64,000 nt of DNA from contig JAAOZP010000017.1 of the NCBI GenBank assembly GCA_011605725.1, positions 224,001-288,000 of the forward strand, read 5' to 3'. The stretch comes from Nitrososphaerota archaeon (lineage in GTDB: Archaea; Thermoproteota; EX4484-205; JAAOZP01). Shown in pieces: positions 1 through 9,156 of the stretch. The notes under the pieces were generated by a model that was not told where the DNA came from, ran no database searches, and was given only the letters and a program-made list of their open reading frames with translations. Each line of letters begins with the position of its first letter. Positions within the stretch are counted from its first letter, which is position 1. Position numbers and translations under genes: made by a program.

Positions 1-300
1 TTCACCTTCAACCTTTATCCTCAGCTTTTCAGCACCAGGTGTCACGGCAAGCCCGCCGCTGCTTACAGCGAACCTCGTGTAGGCTGCTGAACCCTTAGCG
101 AGGCTTAAACCCTCAATCATCTGAGCTAGGCTGATCATGCTCGCCTTACCGTTTTCAAACTCCGTGGCCTGAGCCTGCATGGAGAGGTTAAGCTGGGCGA
201 AGAAAACCCCGGCGACGATCATGCCGAGCGTCACAGTAACCAGCATAACCGTTGCCACAACCTCTGAAACACCCTTCCCGTCAAGCCTAGTCTTAGCCAA
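1..300 (-). CDS. Type IV pilin-like protein with class III signal peptide (partial, runs off window start)
   Basis: Not in the ORF track. Manual translation from TTG at 300, overlapping the stop of the upstream gene, gives MAKTRLDGKG|VSEVVATVMLVTVTLGMIVAGVFFAQ..., open to position 1. KG|VSE followed by a hydrophobic helix is a class III signal peptide. Confidence 0.8.
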   Translation of the reverse strand, partial: MAKTRLDGKGVSEVVATVMLVTVTLGMIVAGVFFAQLNLSMQAQATEFENGKASMISLAQMIEGLSLAKGSAAYTRFAVSSGGLAVTPGAEKLRIKVEGE

Positions 301-2098
301 TTTTTCCACCGCCAGTCGGCACTGGGGCGAAGGAGTAGTATGGTGCTAGCACTATCGTCGCCAGGGTGAAGATGAGGAGCATCAGGGCGTGGAAGAAGCC
401 TGAAGAAGTCTCTCCGTACGCGATCTTGCCGCCGACTAGACCCATCATGTACACGTGGATTATGACCGGCGGGAGGAGGAGCTGCACAAGGTCTCCGAAA
501 GCCATTGAGCGTCCAGCCATTAGAAGCATGGACCTGAAGAACGTTAAGAGGGCTATGACTGTTACGACCAGCACACCAGTACCTATGTAGGGTATCATGA
601 GAAGCGGCTTGAGCTCAGACCTTTTCTCCTTCTCCATGAGTATTATAGACTCGTTGAACCTGGCTAAGGTTTCAAGAGTCTCGGGAGTACCTCCACCAAC
701 CTCGATAGCGTCGAGAAGCAGGAACATGCTTATCTTCGTAAGCCATGACCTAACCTTCTTGGAGAAAGTCCTATATATTTCAGCATGGCTTATCCCCCAC
801 GAGATCTGCGTAGCCATAGTCTTAATATGTTTCGAAAGATTGCCGTAGTTCCTCTCCGACAGGGAGATTATGCATTTCTCAGGGCTCAGCCCAGACTTCC
901 TTATCTCAACAAGATCCCTCAGGAAGCCTGCGAAACCAGTGTCCATACCCCTCTCCTTGAAATTAATGTACATCCTGTAGGCAACCGCTGGGAGTGAAGC
1001 GATGGAAAGAGCAAGAATTAGCCCTATTGAGGGCTCGTAGCCACGTTCAAGGCCGAGATAGTTGTTAAGCCAAGTTATGAAGCCGCTTAGAAAGTTGAAA
1101 GGCGGGATCTCTTTTAAACCTGGAGCAAGGAAGGAGACGCAGAACCCAGGTATCAGCAGAGCCATTATGGGCGTAGCTGTAGCGGCGAAAACAATGTAGG
1201 GAGAATTGTCCTCCATCGGGTATTTCGGCTGAACAACATCTATGAGCCAGAGGAACAGGATGGAGAAGAAGGGTAGGAAAGCATAGCTGAACAGTATGAA
1301 GGACATTATGTTTCCGAATATTCCTCCCCCGGCTCCGGCTACAAGCTCCCCTATCGACATTTGGACAGCGTAAATAGTGTATATGCCTAGCAGGAGGAGT
1401 ATTGCGAAAACTATGTAGACCTCCATGAGCTGCCCAAGCCTCCCGCCTATAAGCTTAAGGTTTTCAAGCCTCTCCTGGAAGAGAAGCTCAGTCCTACGGA
1501 GAAGATAGTGGACAACGTCCCCACCAGTCTTAAGCGTTGAAGCATATCCCAGGAGGAGCTCCCTGAACTCCTTGGAGGGAAGCTTCTTACCAATCTCCTC
1601 CAACGCTGTAACAGGATCGTAGCCAAGACCCCTAACCATGATGTCTAGAAGCTTAGCAGTTTCGGAGAAAGTTGGGAGAAGAGGGACGCGTGAAAGCCTC
1701 ATTATGCTGACGTAGGGAGAGATTCCTCCTGTCGACATTACTGCAGTATAGGCAGCAGCATACGGAACCTCTGAGGAAAGCGAGGCCTTAATGCTTGAAA
1801 TCTTCATCCTGGGCCAAGCGACTCCGAGGAGGAAGACGATGACCGGGAGGCAGAGGAGAAGCACAGGGATAAGGTAGAGCTCGAAACCAATGTTCACAAC
1901 AATCAGGCTGTAGCTGACGATCAGTATGCTTGACAACGCTACTGAGACGATTGCTGTTATGAGCGTCGCCAAGAGCACTATCGAGCCGTAGGCCCTCGGG
2001 TATATTCTTATGCCTGAGGCCTCAAGGTCTCCACACATCTTTGCAACCCTGTCTCCAAGCGGGCCGAAGAGCCATGCGGCGAAGCTCGATATGGACAA
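293..2098 (-). CDS. Type II secretion system F family (TadC/FlaJ-like) pilus membrane platform protein
   Basis: 601 aa polytopic protein with two T2SSF-like repeats (EVPYAAAYTAVMSTGG...; FLRDLVEIRKSGLSPE...GGTPETLETLA). Lies next to the pilin and ATPase genes. Confidence 0.9.
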   Translation of the reverse strand: MSISSFAAWLFGPLGDRVAKMCGDLEASGIRIYPRAYGSIVLLATLITAIVSVALSSILIVSYSLIVVNIGFELYLIPVLLLCLPVIVFLLGVAWPRMKISSIKASLSSEVPYAAAYTAVMSTGGISPYVSIMRLSRVPLLPTFSETAKLLDIMVRGLGYDPVTALEEIGKKLPSKEFRELLLGYASTLKTGGDVVHYLLRRTELLFQERLENLKLIGGRLGQLMEVYIVFAILLLLGIYTIYAVQMSIGELVAGAGGGIFGNIMSFILFSYAFLPFFSILFLWLIDVVQPKYPMEDNSPYIVFAATATPIMALLIPGFCVSFLAPGLKEIPPFNFLSGFITWLNNYLGLERGYEPSIGLILALSIASLPAVAYRMYINFKERGMDTGFAGFLRDLVEIRKSGLSPEKCIISLSERNYGNLSKHIKTMATQISWGISHAEIYRTFSKKVRSWLTKISMFLLLDAIEVGGGTPETLETLARFNESIILMEKEKRSELKPLLMIPYIGTGVLVVTVIALLTFFRSMLLMAGRSMAFGDLVQLLLPPVIIHVYMMGLVGGKIAYGETSSGFFHALMLLIFTLATIVLAPYYSFAPVPTGGGKIG

Positions 2099-2270
2099 GA
2101 CTAAGTATAATCTTTGAAGTGTTTCTTATATTCTTTTTCCCCGTATTCATATAAGGACATGCATGTCGGAAACACGACAACCGGTGTTTCGCTCTAGTGA
2201 CGAAAATCGCACTCCGTCAATCTAGAGTATGAAGACGAGTCTTTTAAACAAGTGCTTTTCAGAAGAGTTT

Positions 2271-2310
2271 TACAGTTCAATATTGTTCAATATTGTTCAA
2301 AACGGTTCAG
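2271..2310. repeat. Four phased 10-bp direct repeats (core GTTCA) in the divergent pilus promoter region
   Basis: tacagttcaa / tattgttcaa / tattgttcaa / aacggttcag, read directly from the sequence. Confidence 0.75.
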
Positions 2311-2360
2311 CAAGGTTTAGGGAACCTGTTCTTCGAGAGCTGTAAGTCGGTTTTTAACGT

Positions 2361-2413
2361 TAAAAAAATTTAAATACTATCTTTAATACAGGTTTAATAC
2401 GGAAAGAGGTGAA
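2361..2413 (+). promoter_or_regulatory. BRE/TATA promoter and SD sequence of the major pilin gene
   Basis: aaaaaaaTTTAAATA at about 2362-2376, and GAGGTGA just upstream of ATG 2420. Confidence 0.55.
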
Positions 2414-2419
2414 ACAGGC

Positions 2420-2911
2420 ATGAAAATGCTTAACGACAGGAGGGGCGTAAGCCCAGTGATAACGACAGTAATCATCGTCGCAGTAGGCATAACCATCGCG
2501 ATAGCGGTAGCACTATGGATGACAGGCCTAGTGGGAGCATTCATGGGGTATGAGAAGGTTGAGATTAGAAGCTGCTTCGCAGCGCCATATGGAACTAATG
2601 GGTGGAACATATCCATTACTTATTTAAACACTGGATCGACACCTGCCAAGGTAGATAATGTTTTCATTAATGACGTTCCATACAATAGCTGGACTGGCGG
2701 GACCATATCCTTGAAGTGGGCTGAAGAGGGAGGCTCAACAGGCACTACTCTTCCTGCACCTGCGAATATAGGTAAAAGCGTGAATCTTGCCATAACTATA
2801 TCTGCACCTGTTACATTCGGCAACCAGAAGCTAGTGAGCGGTGTCACGGTTACAATTAAGCTTCACTCGACAGGTGGCAAGGAATACTATACTAGTGTAG
2901 TCCTTCCTTAA
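2420..2911 (+). CDS. Archaeal type IV pilin (probable major pilin)
   Basis: Class III signal peptide DRRG|VSPVITTVIIVAVGITIAIAVALW followed by a beta-rich T/G/N domain. Has an SD and a downstream C/T-rich terminator-like tract. Confidence 0.9.
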   Translation: MKMLNDRRGVSPVITTVIIVAVGITIAIAVALWMTGLVGAFMGYEKVEIRSCFAAPYGTNGWNISITYLNTGSTPAKVDNVFINDVPYNSWTGGTISLKWAEEGGSTGTTLPAPANIGKSVNLAITISAPVTFGNQKLVSGVTVTIKLHSTGGKEYYTSVVLP

Positions 2912-2916
2912 GATAG

Positions 2917-2944
2917 CCCCTCTCCCCCCATCCCTCTTTTTCTC
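2917..2944 (+). terminator. C-rich then oligo-T terminator-like tract after the pilin gene
   Basis: gcccctctccccccatccctctttttctc immediately after the stop codon. Confidence 0.45.
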
Positions 2945-3083
2945 ACGTTCTTAAGCCGGTGGCCTAGTATTGAATGTTAAAACCGGGTTGGTTTGGAGCA
3001 TTCCGGACTCCCTATTAGGCGGTTTGGAAACAGTATTGTTTAACAAACTTTATAAAACTCTTCCCGCTTCGAATCATCGTCAA

Positions 3084-4736
3084 ATGGGTTCTGCGAAGAC
3101 TGAGGAGAAGAAGGATAATCCTGCTGTCGCAGAGGCTAAGGTTGAGCCTAAGCCTGTGGCGGTTGAGAAGAAGGAGGAGAAGCCTAAGCCTGTGAAGGAG
3201 GAGAAGAAAAAGAAGAAGGAGGAAGAGAAGGAATTAGTTGAATACGTTTTCGAGCCCGTGCCTGTTAACGCTAAGCCTATAGACGAGTACTGGATTGAAG
3301 AGCCTTTCGTAAGAATCCTGATAGTTCCAATCCCGGGCAGGGGTGGTGAGAAAGGATACTTCGTAGACGAGGTTTCTCTCGACAAGACTGAGAGGAGTGC
3401 TTTCAATAGGCTTAAGGATATTCTGAGCAGGGAGCTTAAGCCTCCTGAAGACATGTCTGTGGAGGCGAGGAGCTACGTTATGGAGGAGGCTCGAAGACTG
3501 ATGAAGAAGTATAGGAGCATACTGGGCTCCCTGAACGAGGAGTCCATGAGGAAGGTTGAATACTATATTAGGAGGGATCTTATAGGCTACGGGCCGATAA
3601 ACCCGATCGTGGAGGATAAGAATGTTGAAGACATTTCTTGCGACGGTATTGATAAGCCTGTTTACGTTTGGCACAGGAGGTATGAGAGCCTCCCTTCAAA
3701 CCTGAGGATCGTCGACAAGGGTTATTTCAACGACTTCATTATTAAGCTGGCGCACTTCGCTGGGAAGCATATTAGCGCAGCATTCCCAATCGTGGACGCG
3801 ATGCTCCCTGGGAGGCATAGGCTTGCAGCAACCTATGGGGACGAGGTTTCAACGTTCGGCTCAACCTTCACGATAAGGAAGTTCAGGGAGGAGCCTTTCA
3901 GCATCATCGACCTGATTAAGCTCGGCACGCTAAGCCCCTCTTTAGCAGCTTACTTCTGGTTCATTCTTGACAATAGGCTTACCGTCATGGTTATAGGCGG
4001 CACGGGCGCGGGTAAAACGTCTTTCCTAAACGCTTTAACAAACCTTTTCAAACCAGGGTTGAAGATCGTCACCGTCGAGGAGACTGCTGAGCTGAACATT
4101 CCGCATGACAACTGGGTCCAGTTCGTAACCAGGGAGAGCTACGGCCTCGGAACCTCTAAGATAGGAGAGATAACGATGTACGACCTGGTCAAGACCTCTT
4201 TAAGATATAGGCCTGACTACCTTATCGTCGGAGAGATCAGGGGTGCTGAAGCCTTCGTCTTGTTCCAAGCCATGGCGACGGGTCACGGTGGCCTTAGCAC
4301 TGTTCACGCTGAGAACATTGACTACGCTATTAAAAGGATGACCAGTCCGCCTATGAACATCGCAGAGTCATACATTCCGCTTATGAACGTCGCCTGCCTC
4401 ATCGAGAGGGTTGTCCTGCCTAAGAAGGCTGGAGTACCGTTTGGAAGAAGAGTTAGGCACGTCTGGGAGCTTGACCCCGAGGGGAACAGGATTACGATTG
4501 CACACTGGGACCCGATGGAGGATGTTCACGAGGTTGACTTCAGCAGGTCGGTGCATCTTCCCAATGTGTGCAGGAAGATAGGCATGCCTCCGGACTGGTA
4601 TGTTAGGGAGCTGCAGGTTAGGGAGAGCGTTATAAGGTGGATGATGGATAACAACGTGACGCATTTCAGGGATGTTGCGAGGGTTGTGACGGAGTTCCAT
4701 GTTAAGAGGGCTGAAGTGCTTTCAAGACTAAGGTGA
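3084..4736 (+). CDS. Type II/IV secretion system ATPase (FlaI/TadA/VirB11 family)
   Basis: Walker A GGTGAGKT, Asp box VEETAE, LRYRPDYLIVGEIRG and His box TGHGGLSTVH. The track starts at 2970, but ATG 3084 lies about 28 bp after TTTATAAA. Confidence 0.93.
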   Translation: MGSAKTEEKKDNPAVAEAKVEPKPVAVEKKEEKPKPVKEEKKKKKEEEKELVEYVFEPVPVNAKPIDEYWIEEPFVRILIVPIPGRGGEKGYFVDEVSLDKTERSAFNRLKDILSRELKPPEDMSVEARSYVMEEARRLMKKYRSILGSLNEESMRKVEYYIRRDLIGYGPINPIVEDKNVEDISCDGIDKPVYVWHRRYESLPSNLRIVDKGYFNDFIIKLAHFAGKHISAAFPIVDAMLPGRHRLAATYGDEVSTFGSTFTIRKFREEPFSIIDLIKLGTLSPSLAAYFWFILDNRLTVMVIGGTGAGKTSFLNALTNLFKPGLKIVTVEETAELNIPHDNWVQFVTRESYGLGTSKIGEITMYDLVKTSLRYRPDYLIVGEIRGAEAFVLFQAMATGHGGLSTVHAENIDYAIKRMTSPPMNIAESYIPLMNVACLIERVVLPKKAGVPFGRRVRHVWELDPEGNRITIAHWDPMEDVHEVDFSRSVHLPNVCRKIGMPPDWYVRELQVRESVIRWMMDNNVTHFRDVARVVTEFHVKRAEVLSRLR

Positions 4737-4737
4737 A

Positions 4738-5508
4738 TTGTCCTACTGGCTCTGGCTGGAGAATGCTCGCAACATAGTCTCCATAATACTCCTCTCCATA
4801 GCCTCGATCCAGGATGTTAAGAGCAGGGAGATAGATGACCGTGTATGGATCGTCTTCACAGCCTCAGCCCTACTCATAAATATTCTAAGTGTTTTAAACG
4901 GCTCCGTCGAGCCTTTCTGGTGGATTGTTTTCGCAGGCCTTCAGTCAGGCCTCTTCCTCCTCCTGTATTACGGCGGTGTCTATGGGGGTGCTGACGCAAA
5001 GGCCCTTATGTGTCTAAGCCTAATGTACCCTTCCTCCCCAACGGGTTTCCTGACTGACCTGAGCATGGCGAGGCTTCCCGTCGCCTTCTCAACGATGAAC
5101 AACGCCCTATTGTTGACAACCCTATACCTCCCTTTAAACCTGTTTTGGAACCTCCACGTTAAGCTTAAAGGGGTTGAGCTTTTCAAAGGCTTGGGGAAGG
5201 AAAGCGTGTTGCGGAGGATTGCAGCCCTCCTCCTTCTCAGGAAGGTTAGGTTTTCACAGTACCGTGCTGAGAACACTAGGTTCGTTCTCGCCGAGAGGAG
5301 GAGCAGGAGCGGGCTTAGGAGGATAGTCTTCGCGAGGAGGCTGGACGAGGATAAGGCTGAACAGTCTTTCGACGAGGATGAGCATGTTTTCACAAGCTTC
5401 CTCATGCCCCTGCAAACCCTGATACTTCTCGGCCTTGTTGCAAGGCTCTTCTACGGCGATATTCTGCTCTCGCTCTCGCTCCTAGCCGCCAGCCGCCTAG
5501 CAGGGTAA
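4738..5508 (+). CDS. Prepilin/prearchaellin peptidase, A24 family (PibD/FlaK-like)
   Basis: Membrane protein with ASIQDVKSREIDD and YGGADAKAL catalytic Asp motifs, directly after the ATPase. Confidence 0.88.
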   Translation: MSYWLWLENARNIVSIILLSIASIQDVKSREIDDRVWIVFTASALLINILSVLNGSVEPFWWIVFAGLQSGLFLLLYYGGVYGGADAKALMCLSLMYPSSPTGFLTDLSMARLPVAFSTMNNALLLTTLYLPLNLFWNLHVKLKGVELFKGLGKESVLRRIAALLLLRKVRFSQYRAENTRFVLAERRSRSGLRRIVFARRLDEDKAEQSFDEDEHVFTSFLMPLQTLILLGLVARLFYGDILLSLSLLAASRLAG

Positions 5509-5544
5509 CCCGGTTTTTGAAAAGCATAAAAGCTTCGCCTACTG

Positions 5545-6156
5545 GTGGAACCCCTGTTGAGGGTCTTCGCCTGCTCCGATATTCATCTGCGGCTTAAACT
5601 TTTAGAGGAGACTTTGAAGACCTCGAGAGATGCTGACTTAGCTGTGTGCCTCGGCGACCTCACAGTCTACGGCAAGGGTTTAGACGCTGCCCTGGAGAGG
5701 CTCAGGGCTTTAAACGAGCATGTTTTCACAATACCTGGGAACAATGAGAATCCTGAGGAGCTTAGGGAGAAGGCTTCCGCAATGGGTATTGTTTTCCTCC
5801 ACGGTGGGAAAACTGTTTTCAAAGGCTTCACGCTGGCGGGCGTAGGCGGGAGTCTCCCAACACCCTTCAACACCCCGTTTGAAATCAGCGAGCAAGAGTT
5901 TAAAAGGATCCTCTCAGGCTTCAAGGGGCTGAGCAGCCTCATCCTGCTTTCGCACACTCCTCCCTTCAACACGTCGCTAGACCTTACTTCAACACGTGAG
6001 CACATAGGCTCCGCCGAGGTTAGAAGATTCATAGAGGAGGAGTCTCCGCTAGCATGCTTATGCGGCCATGTTCACGAGAGAGCAGGCCTGTCTGAAAAAA
6101 TCGGGGGCACGCTCGTCATCAACCCTGGGCCCAGGGGGATGGTGATAGAGCTATGA
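5545..6156 (+). CDS. Calcineurin-like metallophosphoesterase
   Basis: SDIH, GDLT, PGNNE, SHTPP and GHVHE motifs. Confidence 0.9.
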   Translation: MEPLLRVFACSDIHLRLKLLEETLKTSRDADLAVCLGDLTVYGKGLDAALERLRALNEHVFTIPGNNENPEELREKASAMGIVFLHGGKTVFKGFTLAGVGGSLPTPFNTPFEISEQEFKRILSGFKGLSSLILLSHTPPFNTSLDLTSTREHIGSAEVRRFIEEESPLACLCGHVHERAGLSEKIGGTLVINPGPRGMVIEL

Positions 6157-6686
6157 GGATCCTTGTGACGGGTAGGCCTGGGATAGGTAAGACGACGGTT
6201 GTCTCAAAGCTCGCCAAGATGCTGAAGGATAGGAGTGTGAAAGTAGGCGGCATGATAACCTACGAAATCAGGGAGAAGGAGGTTAGAACAGGCTTCCTTG
6301 TTGAGGATTTGAAAACCGGCTTGAAAGGGCTTATGGCTAGCGTCAACTACAGCTCCGGCCCGAGGGTTGGAAGGTATTTCGTCAGCCTGGCGGAGATTGA
6401 GAGAGTCGGTGTCAAGGCTATACGGGATGCTGTCGAGAATGCTGAGGTGGTTATCATCGACGAGATAGGCCCTATGGAGCTCTACTCAGAACCATTCCGG
6501 AAAGCAGTCTCCGAGGCTTTCTCCTCAGGCAAGAGTATTGTCGCAACAATCCATGAGAAGGCTTCTCAACATTCTTTCTGCAGAACTATTCTTTCAGCCA
6601 GCGGTGTTTCAACCTTCGTCGTTACTTTTGGAAACAGGGATCTGCTTCCAAAAATCATCCTCGACAAACTGCTACCTTCCTCTTAA
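6153..6686 (+). CDS. Nucleoside-triphosphatase (NTPase_1/THEP1 family)
   Basis: TGRPGIGKTT, VGRYFV and IIDEIGPME motifs. Confidence 0.9.
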   Translation: MRILVTGRPGIGKTTVVSKLAKMLKDRSVKVGGMITYEIREKEVRTGFLVEDLKTGLKGLMASVNYSSGPRVGRYFVSLAEIERVGVKAIRDAVENAEVVIIDEIGPMELYSEPFRKAVSEAFSSGKSIVATIHEKASQHSFCRTILSASGVSTFVVTFGNRDLLPKIILDKLLPSS

Positions 6687-6879
6687 AAGAGTGTTTAACG
6701 AATAGTTAATAATGTTCTGCTGGTTTAAACACGGATTCTCAGCCTCAGAATGGTTTAAACTCTGAAAGCAGCGCTGGGAATAAGCATAGAGCAACCGTTT
6801 CAAGCATGCTCCGGAAAGGCTTGCGGAGGCTTCTTCCAACCTAAAAGTTTAAAACTGTTAGCCTGTAGGTTTTTCAAGA

Positions 6880-7485
6880 ATGGTTCTGATCGGTGAGCCG
6901 GCTCCTGATTTCGAAGCTCAAACCACAAGGGGCAGGTTCAGGCTTTCCGAGCTTAAAGGCAGATGGGTTCTCATCCTGACGCATCCGTCAAGCTTCAACC
7001 CTGTTTGCACGACTGAGATGATTGCTTTGTCCCAGAGGATTGACGACTTTAGGAAGACTGGGGTCGAGGTTTTCTCAATATGCCCGGAGAGCCTTATGAG
7101 CGTAATATCCTGGGTTAGGGATGTTGAGGAGAAGTATGGGTTGAAAATAATGTTTCCAGTTGCAGCCGATCCCGATCGGAAAACTATTGGTCTCTACGGG
7201 GCTACGGATGCTAAGGGAGGCGTTGCTAGAAGCGTTTTCCTAATAGACCCGGAGGGAGTTGTAAGGCTTACAGCCCAGTATCCTGTTGAAGTCGGGAGGA
7301 ACGTGAAGGAGCTTGCCAGGGCTACTAGGGCTGTTCAAACCTCTGTTAAGTCGAGCCTCCTTGCTCCTGCGAACTGGGAGCCTGGTGAGCCGATGATTAT
7401 CCCCCCACCGTCCACCGTAGAGGAGGCTGACAAGAGGGTTAAGGATGGGGCTGAACGCTGGTATATTCAGAGGAAACAGGTTTAG
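6880..7485 (+). CDS. Peroxiredoxin (Prx6/archaeal type)
   Basis: HPSSFNPVCTTE peroxidatic motif, VGRNVKE and PANWEPGE. Confidence 0.9.
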   Translation: MVLIGEPAPDFEAQTTRGRFRLSELKGRWVLILTHPSSFNPVCTTEMIALSQRIDDFRKTGVEVFSICPESLMSVISWVRDVEEKYGLKIMFPVAADPDRKTIGLYGATDAKGGVARSVFLIDPEGVVRLTAQYPVEVGRNVKELARATRAVQTSVKSSLLAPANWEPGEPMIIPPPSTVEEADKRVKDGAERWYIQRKQV

Positions 7486-8366
7486 ACGAGCCTCTTTCTT
7501 CTAGCGGTGTTCGAAATAGTTTCGAACAATATTCTGACTGCTGCCGCTGCTGAGGCGCTTCCAGGGTCGAGCAGGGGGTTAAGCTCAACAAGGTCGAGCC
7601 CTACAAGCTTTTCGTTCACCGTGTTCTCCAGAAGGCTGAGAAGAATGCTGGTTGATACTCCACATGCCTCTGGATTAGCTACTCCAGGAGCGTAGGCAGG
7701 GTCTAGAACGTCAAGGTCTATGCTAACATAGGTGCTTCCCGCTTTATCAACAATGCTTCTCAGCATCACGCATGCTTCCTCAGGATTCCTGAGGATCTGT
7801 TTCGATGAAACGAAGGTTTCGCCGCTCGCGTACTCAACCTCCTCTCTGCAGGCTGCCCTGACGCCGACGTGCACGACTCTGCAAACCTCCTCCCTCACTC
7901 TTCTCATGACTGTAGCGTGGCTAACCTTAACATGCTCAGGATACTCATTCCTATAGTCGAAGTGAGCGTCGAAAGATATTATTGTCTCCGGCGTAAGGCC
8001 TCTCGCAGCCCCAAGGGTTATTGTGTGCTCTCCCCCGAGAAGAACAGGAGTCTTAGAGTCAGCATTGATCTCCCTGCATACTTTCTCAACCCTTTTCAAA
8101 ACCTCGTCGACGTTGAACGTTACTGAAACATCCCCCAGGTCTGAAACCCTAACATTCTCGAAGTCAACACTGTTTCCAAGGCTGATGGTTTCAGCCTCAG
8201 CTGAGAAATGCCTTATGCTGGCGGGCCCGAATCTTGAACCCGGCCTGAAGCTCGTCGTCCCGTCGAAAGGCACCCCTACGATGGCGAACCAGGACTCCTC
8301 ATAGCTATGCTTAATCCCGGAGAAGAAATACGGGTTTTCAACCAAGTATAGCTTAGCCTCGTCCAA
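7482..8366 (-). CDS. speB: Agmatinase
   Basis: Ureohydrolase motifs GGEHTIT, FDAHFD and SIDLDVLDPAYAPG; RPGSRFGP; near arginine decarboxylase. Confidence 0.9.
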   Translation of the reverse strand: MDEAKLYLVENPYFFSGIKHSYEESWFAIVGVPFDGTTSFRPGSRFGPASIRHFSAEAETISLGNSVDFENVRVSDLGDVSVTFNVDEVLKRVEKVCREINADSKTPVLLGGEHTITLGAARGLTPETIISFDAHFDYRNEYPEHVKVSHATVMRRVREEVCRVVHVGVRAACREEVEYASGETFVSSKQILRNPEEACVMLRSIVDKAGSTYVSIDLDVLDPAYAPGVANPEACGVSTSILLSLLENTVNEKLVGLDLVELNPLLDPGSASAAAAVRILFETISNTARRKRLV

Positions 8367-8452
8367 GCCTGTTTGCAGAAGAACTTGAAATAGATAAAGG
8401 TTCCTCCGCGTGGAGGCTTAAAAGCCTTTACAGCGTTTTAAACAGGTGGAGA

Positions 8453-9109
8453 ATGGATTTAAACCAGTTTCTACAAGCATTCGCATGCTTTAAGACGGTT
8501 CTTGAAATACTTCTGCTCTGCCCAGCTGTTTTCCAAGACCTGGAGAATAGGGAGCTTGACGCCTCCGCGTGGCTCCCAATCCTCTTGCTAGGGGTTTCAG
8601 CCTTAACCCTTGAGCTAGCCTCAAACATGCTCCTAGAAACTGTTTTAAAGACTGTTCAAACCCTGAGCCTCCTAGGATTGCTGCTTCTCCTAGGTCTCTA
8701 CGGGCCTGGGGACGCGTTGATACTGGTAGGCATATGCCTAACCCATGTTTCAACAACTAGCCCCCTGCTGCAAGGCAGCCTCCTGAGGTTTTCCAACCCT
8801 GATTTCAGCCTGACTGTTCTTTTGAACGCTGAAATCCTGTCTTCAGCAACTGTTGCTTCAAACCTTTTCCACAACCTGCGCTCAGGAGCCTGGAGCTCCT
8901 CCCAACCTGGAGAGCCTTTTAGAAGGAGGGTTTCTCGTATGCTGCTGCTCAGGGCTGTGGGTGAGGAGGAATCGTCTCGAAAAAAGCTTGCCCAGAGTAC
9001 TCTTAGCAGGAAAGTATTCGTTAAAAAGACTGTTCCCCTAACTTTTTTCATCCTTATAAGTTACGGGGTGACGCTTCTCTTCGGAAGCCTCGTTCCACTC
9101 CCAGCGTAG
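8453..9109 (+). CDS. Second, divergent A24 prepilin-peptidase-like membrane protein
   Basis: AVFQDLENRELD and GLYGPGDALIL correspond to the two catalytic Asp motifs of 4738..5508. Similar C-terminal layout (VPLTFFILISY). Confidence 0.65.
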   Translation: MDLNQFLQAFACFKTVLEILLLCPAVFQDLENRELDASAWLPILLLGVSALTLELASNMLLETVLKTVQTLSLLGLLLLLGLYGPGDALILVGICLTHVSTTSPLLQGSLLRFSNPDFSLTVLLNAEILSSATVASNLFHNLRSGAWSSSQPGEPFRRRVSRMLLLRAVGEEESSRKKLAQSTLSRKVFVKKTVPLTFFILISYGVTLLFGSLVPLPA

Positions 9110-9156
9110 GCTGAAAGCCTTCAAGCGCTCCGAAGCATTGGAAACACTGCTTCCTG

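Noticed and set aside
2271-2310. Possible CRISPR array
   Set aside because: Units are 10 bp with no spacers, and there are no cas genes in the window.
2420-2911. Archaellin / archaellum operon
   Set aside because: The N-terminus is pilin-type (G|VSPVI) and no archaellum accessory genes are visible.
3100-3240. GAA/AAG-rich low-complexity tract
   Set aside because: It encodes the charged, probably disordered N-terminus of the pilus ATPase and is not an independent repeat.
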